Made by a program: the position numbers and the translations under genes. The notes under the pieces are model-generated. The model saw only the letters and a list, made by a program, of their open reading frames with translations, was not told where the DNA came from and made no database searches. From Mycoplasma sp. SG1 (GTDB taxonomy: Bacteria > Bacillota_I > Bacilli_A > Mycoplasmatales > SG1), in contig NZ_CP076852.1 in assembly GCF_023612375.1 (NCBI RefSeq), forward strand, positions 517,475-541,474: 24,000 nucleotides of DNA, in the 5' to 3' direction. Positions within the stretch are counted from its first letter, which is position 1. The number at the start of each line of letters is the position of its first letter. Shown here piece after piece: positions 19,237 through 24,000 of this stretch.

Positions 19237-21711
19237 TTACCGAATTAAATAATTTAGTTTTTTTGTCAAAACATCTATAACTTTATCTTCGATTTTTTTT
19301 ATTTTATCTCTGCTAAACGTTTCGTCAATTGGATAAATTGTAATTCGAATACTGTATGATAAATTATCTGTAGATGGTTTAAACAAATCAATTAATTTAA
19401 TTTTAAACTTATATTGAAGAACATTTTTTAAAATCTTATTAATTTCATCTAATGTTTCATTTACTGGTTTTCAAGGTTCTTCGCTTTTTAAGAAAAATGA
19501 AAAATCTCGATCTATAGAAGGCACCGATGGAAATGGAACAAACTCTTTATTATTAGAATCAGAAACACACTCTTCAATTAAAGATAAATTAAATTCAGTG
19601 AAAATAACTGCGTTTTGAAATAAATCTATTTTAGAAGATAAAGCGTTTGAAATTAAAACTTGTCCAATAATACCGATTAAAATATTGTTGTAATAAATAA
19701 AAATCCCACTTTTAAAATATTTTTTTAAATCTACTATTGTCTCTTTATTTTCTAAGAAAAAAGGTTTAACCGTTAATTTATTAATATCTAAATCAACAAA
19801 TTTACAATAATTTTTATAAATTGATTTTAACAAATAGGTATCAATGATTTGTGTTTTCTTAACTGGAGAAAAAGTATTAATTCATTCTCCATAACTAATA
19901 GTTGAAACTAAAGTATTTTTAACTATTTTGATTTCTGAAGCTTGATAGTAAATATCACTTATTTCAAAGATATTTAAATGATTAATCTTATTCGCTAAAT
20001 TGTAAACTAAAGTTTGGAAAAGAAAATGAAATAAAGATAGTCGATAATATTTTGAAACCGTTTTATTTTTAATTTTTAAAGGAATTAAAAAATTAAAAAA
20101 ATTAATAGTTGAACATTCATTTGAAACCAAAGAATAAGTAACAACTTCTGTAAAATTATTGGCAAGGAAAAAGTTTCTTGTTTTAGATTGCATTAATTGT
20201 TCATAATTTTGTTGATATGGAATAAAATCAAAACTTGGAGGCAGTGATTCAACTTTATTTAAATCGACAAGAAATCTAATTATTTCTTCAAAAAGATCAT
20301 TTTCGTTTTTAACATCCAAACGATGAACTGGAGGGGTAATTTTAAATCTAACATCTTTTGATTGGAGTTTTTTAATTTTAAAATTTAATTTATAAAAAAG
20401 ATCTCTAACTCTGGTCTGATCTAACTTACAATTAATTACCTGCTCTGCTTTATTTAAATTTAAAATAATTGGATCTTGATTTTTATCAATTGGTCTGTGC
20501 AGGGAATGAATAAAAATTCATGGTGAATAAATAGTAAAAGTTCTTAAATATCTTCTTAAGAAATATATAAAAATGCTATTTGTTAACTGATAATGAAAAC
20601 TATGGATAAAATGTTTAGTGTACATTGAATTACTATTTTTATTTTGATAAACAAAATAGTTTTTAACCGTTAAAGGATCTAATTCTAAGTATTCAAATAA
20701 AAAGGTATCACTTGCTAAGGTCGCTGCGCATTTATAGTTTAGATTTAGACCAGCTAAAGCAATCGGTGTTTGTTTGTTTTTAATCACTATACCTTGATTT
20801 AAACTGATCTTGTTTTCTTTTGAAATTTGAATCCATTCATCTGTTCTTTGAAAACTGATATTAAATGGTGAAGTTATTTTTTTAAAATCATAAACTTGAA
20901 TAGGAGAACCACCGATGAAAGATGCAATGGTTGCGATATCTGAAATAAAGTTATTTGGCGTAATATTATTATTTAGAAGAAGGATTTGAAGTTCTAATTT
21001 AGATCTAAAATTATTTTTTAATTCGATTAGTTGATAAATCACTTGACTACATTTTTTAGTTTTTAAATTAACGTTAAAATTAACATCTGGTTTTTGATAC
21101 AAACTAGGGAAGTTTTTTAAAGATTGAATAATTTTAGGAAATAAATATTCAGTATCCAATTTAACTGATAATTCGTGTGCTAGAACTGCAACTGCATTCA
21201 AATCAGGACGATTAGATGGATTTGAGAAAATAAAAATCGTATCTTCGAAATATTTTGGATTAATAATACTTCCGACATCTAATTTTTTATCTAAGATAAT
21301 AAAACTGTTCCATTTTTTATAAGTAATATTTAGATTTTTGAATGTTCCGATTTGAGCATCCACTTGTTGGTTATTTTTTAATTTAGATAAAGGGGTTGTT
21401 GTTTTATCTGTAATTAAAAGAAGAATTTTTTCATTTAAAATAAGCGAAATATCATCAACAGTATCATTAAAAAAATAAAAATTAACTTGTTTGTTTGATC
21501 CAATTTTAACAGTACAGTTATATAACTTTTTTGTCGCTTTTGATTTAGTGTAATTTATCAATTTCCCGATGATCAAATTGTTATTTAATGGCGATAAGGA
21601 AACTGTTTTTTCAAAATCAATCCCAAGACTGATTAATCCTTTAACAATTGTTTTATCAGAGATATCGTCAAGATCTAAGAAATAATTTAAAAGTTTTTTT
21701 GATACTAGCAT
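19237..21711 (-). CDS. pheT: Phenylalanine--tRNA ligase beta subunit
   Basis: ATG at 21711, TAA at 19239..19237, 824 aa. Three track fragments are in one frame, with the gaps checked. Immediately follows pheS (2-nt gap). Identification rests mainly on position, size and a typical PheT N-terminus (MLVSKKLLNYF...). Confidence 0.85.
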
Positions 21712-21713
21712 TT

Positions 21714-22715
21714 TTAAAATTGTATATTAAATCGTAAATTGTTTTTATAAAGAAATCGAATATCAGGAATCTTATGTTTAATCATAACCAATCGTTCTAC
21801 GCCTACTCCAAACGCAAAACCATTAACTTCATTAGGATCATGGTTGGTGTTAATTAAAACATTGGGATGAATAATTCCTGCTCCTAAAATTTCAATGTAT
21901 TTTGTATGTTTACAAACCAGACAGCCTTTTCCTTGACAATATGGACAAGGAATATCCACTTCAAGACTTGGTTCAGTAAAAGGAAAATAACTAACCCGAA
22001 ATAATGGGTTCATTTTCTTACCAAAAAAATATTCCAAAAATTGCGTAATTGTTCATTTTAAATGCGATAAATTTGTATCTTTGTTAACATAAACAACATC
22101 AACTTGAAAAAATTGACTTGAATGAGTTGGATCATCTTTATCATTTCGATATACCTTGCCAATACTCATTATTCTAACTGGTTGATTTGGTTTGCTTGCT
22201 AATAAACCACGAACTGTTAAATTTGTACAATGAGTTCTTAAAAGTAAATTATCAAAAGTTTTAACTTCGTTAGTTAGAAAAAAAGTATCATGTTCATTTT
22301 GTGCAGAATGAGCTGAATCAAAATTTAATAATTTAAAATTATTTTTTACATCATCAACTTCATAACCTTGGAGAATTTCATAATTTAAAGATGAAAAAAA
22401 ATTAATAATTTTTTGAACACTTTCTTGTAAAAGATGTTGATAACCTAATGTGTTTTCAATATCGATTGTTAAATCTGGACCATCAGCTAAAAAAACATCT
22501 TTAGAAGTTGCCTTTGTTGTTAATTTTGCTAAATGATCTTTAATTTTTAGTTTTAATTTATTAAATTCTAAACCGATAACTTTTCTATCAGATCCATCTT
22601 GATAAACCGATAATAATTTTTTAAATTGATGATTAACAGTACCTTTTTTTGATGATAAAAAATCATATTCAAGATTTTTGATATCTTCTTCTGTAATATC
22701 GGTATTTTTAAGCAA
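21714..22715 (-). CDS. pheS: Phenylalanine--tRNA ligase alpha subunit (start codon uncertain)
   Basis: Class II motifs: RIMSIGKVYRNDKDDPTHSSQFFQVD (motif 2) and GFAFGVGVERL (motif 3). TAA at 21716..21714. Start given as TTG 22715; see the finding on the out-of-frame ATG at 22779. Confidence 0.88.
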
Positions 22716-22995
22716 TGTATACTTTTTTAGAAAATCTTCTCAAATAAGCGATGTTGTAAACTTAATTTCTTTAATCATGAGTAAATATGAACAATTTATT
22801 TAAATATGAAAATAATTTCTGATAAATGTTTATTTTATTATAAACATCTTTGAGATTGATTATTATATTTATTTAAAATATTGTTAAAAAATATATAATT
22901 TTACAATTATTTAGTTATAATAAAACAGCAAAAAATAATCATAGTTTTTAACTTAAACGATTATTTATCATTCTGAAAAATCAAAATTATTTAAT

Positions 22996-23196
22996 ATGTC
23001 AAAATCAAATCAATGCTTTCTTCTTTCTGATAAAAAAAAATTATTCGGAAACTCGCGTAGTAATGCGATGAATGCTGTAAAAAGAAATTGAAAAGTAAAT
23101 CTTAAAAAGAAAAAATTAAAAATCAACGGCGTTGAAACTGTAGTCCATGTTTCTGTTCGTGGATTAAGAAATTTAAAAAAACAAATTCAAAAATAA
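22996..23196 (+). CDS. rpmB: 50S ribosomal protein L28
   Basis: MSKSNQCFLLSDKKKLFGNSRSNAMNAVKRNWKVNLKKKKLKINGVETVVHVSVRGLRNLKKQIQK, 66 aa. Contains one TGA-Trp, so it is missing from the ORF track. The only plus-strand gene in the window. Confidence 0.9.
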
Positions 23197-23197
23197 A

Positions 23198-23220
23198 AAT
23201 CTCTCTTTCATAGAGAGATT
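23198..23220. terminator. Bidirectional hairpin terminator between convergent rpmB and rmuC
   Basis: aatctctct (23198..23206) pairs with agagagatt (23212..23220) across a 5-nt loop. Flanked by an A-run upstream and T6 downstream. Confidence 0.8.
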
Positions 23221-23227
23221 TTTTTTA

Positions 23228-24000
23228 TTAATTATTTAAACCCGGTAAATTATTATCAATTTCTTCTGAATCGTTTTCTGGAACGGGATTATCTTTTGAA
23301 TCTAAAATATTTTTCTTTTCAAGTGTTTTTGAAAGTTTTAATTTTTCATCATCGATAATTAAACTTTTATTCTGAATTTTAACCAAGACTTCAGCAAATT
23401 TGCCTTCTGTTTTTTTAATTTTTCTTAAATCATTGCCCAACTTATCAGCATTATCAATTACTTTATCAAAATCTTTTTCAAATGCTTCAGCTAATTTAAT
23501 TCCTTCTTGAATTTTGTTTTTGATAAAATCAAAGTTTTTAGTTAAAATTTGCGATAATCTTTGCTCATTCGCTAATTTTGATAATCAAAATAATGTTAAA
23601 GCTAAAGTGGTTGGGGATAGAATTCAAATATTTTCTTTGAATGATTTTTGAAAGACAGGATTAATTTCTGGATTATTACATAATTCTGCAAATATTAATT
23701 CTGAAGGAATAAAAATTAAAACATGTGAAATATGATCTTTATTAATGTATTTTTTAACATTTTTAATATGCGCTTTAATATCTTCTTTTAGTTCCTTAGA
23801 AAAACGTTTTTTTTCTAATTCTGTTTCAGCAGTCTGAAGTTTTTGGAAATTTTCACAAGGAAATTTAGAATCAATAGCAACAAATTGTTTATCATTTTCG
23901 TTGTTTTTTAATTTAAAAATAACATCTGGTCGACTTTTATCGCTTAATTGTTTTTGTTTTTCTCAAATATATTCATTTTCACCAAAGATATTTGTTAAAA
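23228..24000 (-). CDS. rmuC: DNA recombination protein RmuC (3' part; 5' end beyond the window)
   Basis: TAA at 23230..23228. The upstream frame reads ...IDSKFPCENF...KKYINKDHISHVLIFIPSELIFAEL...SPTTLALTLFW..., matching the conserved RmuC core (DSKFP, FIPSE). Only part of the frame up to 24000 was translated. Confidence 0.8.

Noticed and set aside
3058-22715. Apparent fragmentation of ileS, ftsZ, pheT, lspA, the AKR, rsmH and the MATE genes into short ORFs, which could suggest pseudogenes
   Set aside because: Every break is a TGA. Fragments of each gene share a frame, and conserved motifs continue across the breaks (for example the FtsZ C-terminal DIPSFLRR appears only after read-through). 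This is genetic code 4, not gene decay.
22891-22921. Promoter elements for rpmB (TTGTTA, TTACAA, TATAAT at 22916..22921)
   Set aside because: The -35/-10 spacings are wrong (7 and 9 nt). TATAAT-like hexamers are too frequent in 25% GC DNA to call without transcription start site data.

Overview
AT-rich (about 25% GC) Mollicutes/Mycoplasma-type chromosomal segment that uses genetic code 4 (TGA = Trp). Most fragments in the standard-code ORF track join in frame across TGA codons. I checked this codon by codon for nearly all junctions, looking for in-frame TAA/TAG; two lines inside ftsA and the rmuC frame beyond about 23500 were assumed rather than scanned. All genes but one lie on the minus strand. 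Reading 5'->3' on the minus strand: rmuC (partial), [rpmB on plus], pheS-pheT, two tandem MATE-like transporters, rpmF, the cell-division cluster mraZ-rsmH-ftsA-ftsZ-sepF plus an 81-aa coiled-coil ORF, ileS, a frameshifted mini-lipoprotein ORF, an RluD-type pseudouridine synthase fused to a ~545-aa orphan extension, an aldo/keto reductase, lspA, and a giant (>1001 aa, runs off the left edge) SIR2-domain protein. The right ~16 kb is ordinary housekeeping DNA. The left ~7.6 kb looks accessory and holds the two main findings. (1) A DSR2-like single-polypeptide SIR2 (NADase-type) candidate defence gene in a mycoplasma. (2) A ~1.77 kb segment lies between rluD and a decayed copy of the rluD 3' end that still ends in a stop codon. 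I read this as an insertion into the last codons of rluD that created an in-frame chimera. No tRNA, rRNA, CRISPR array, transposase or integrase was recognised.
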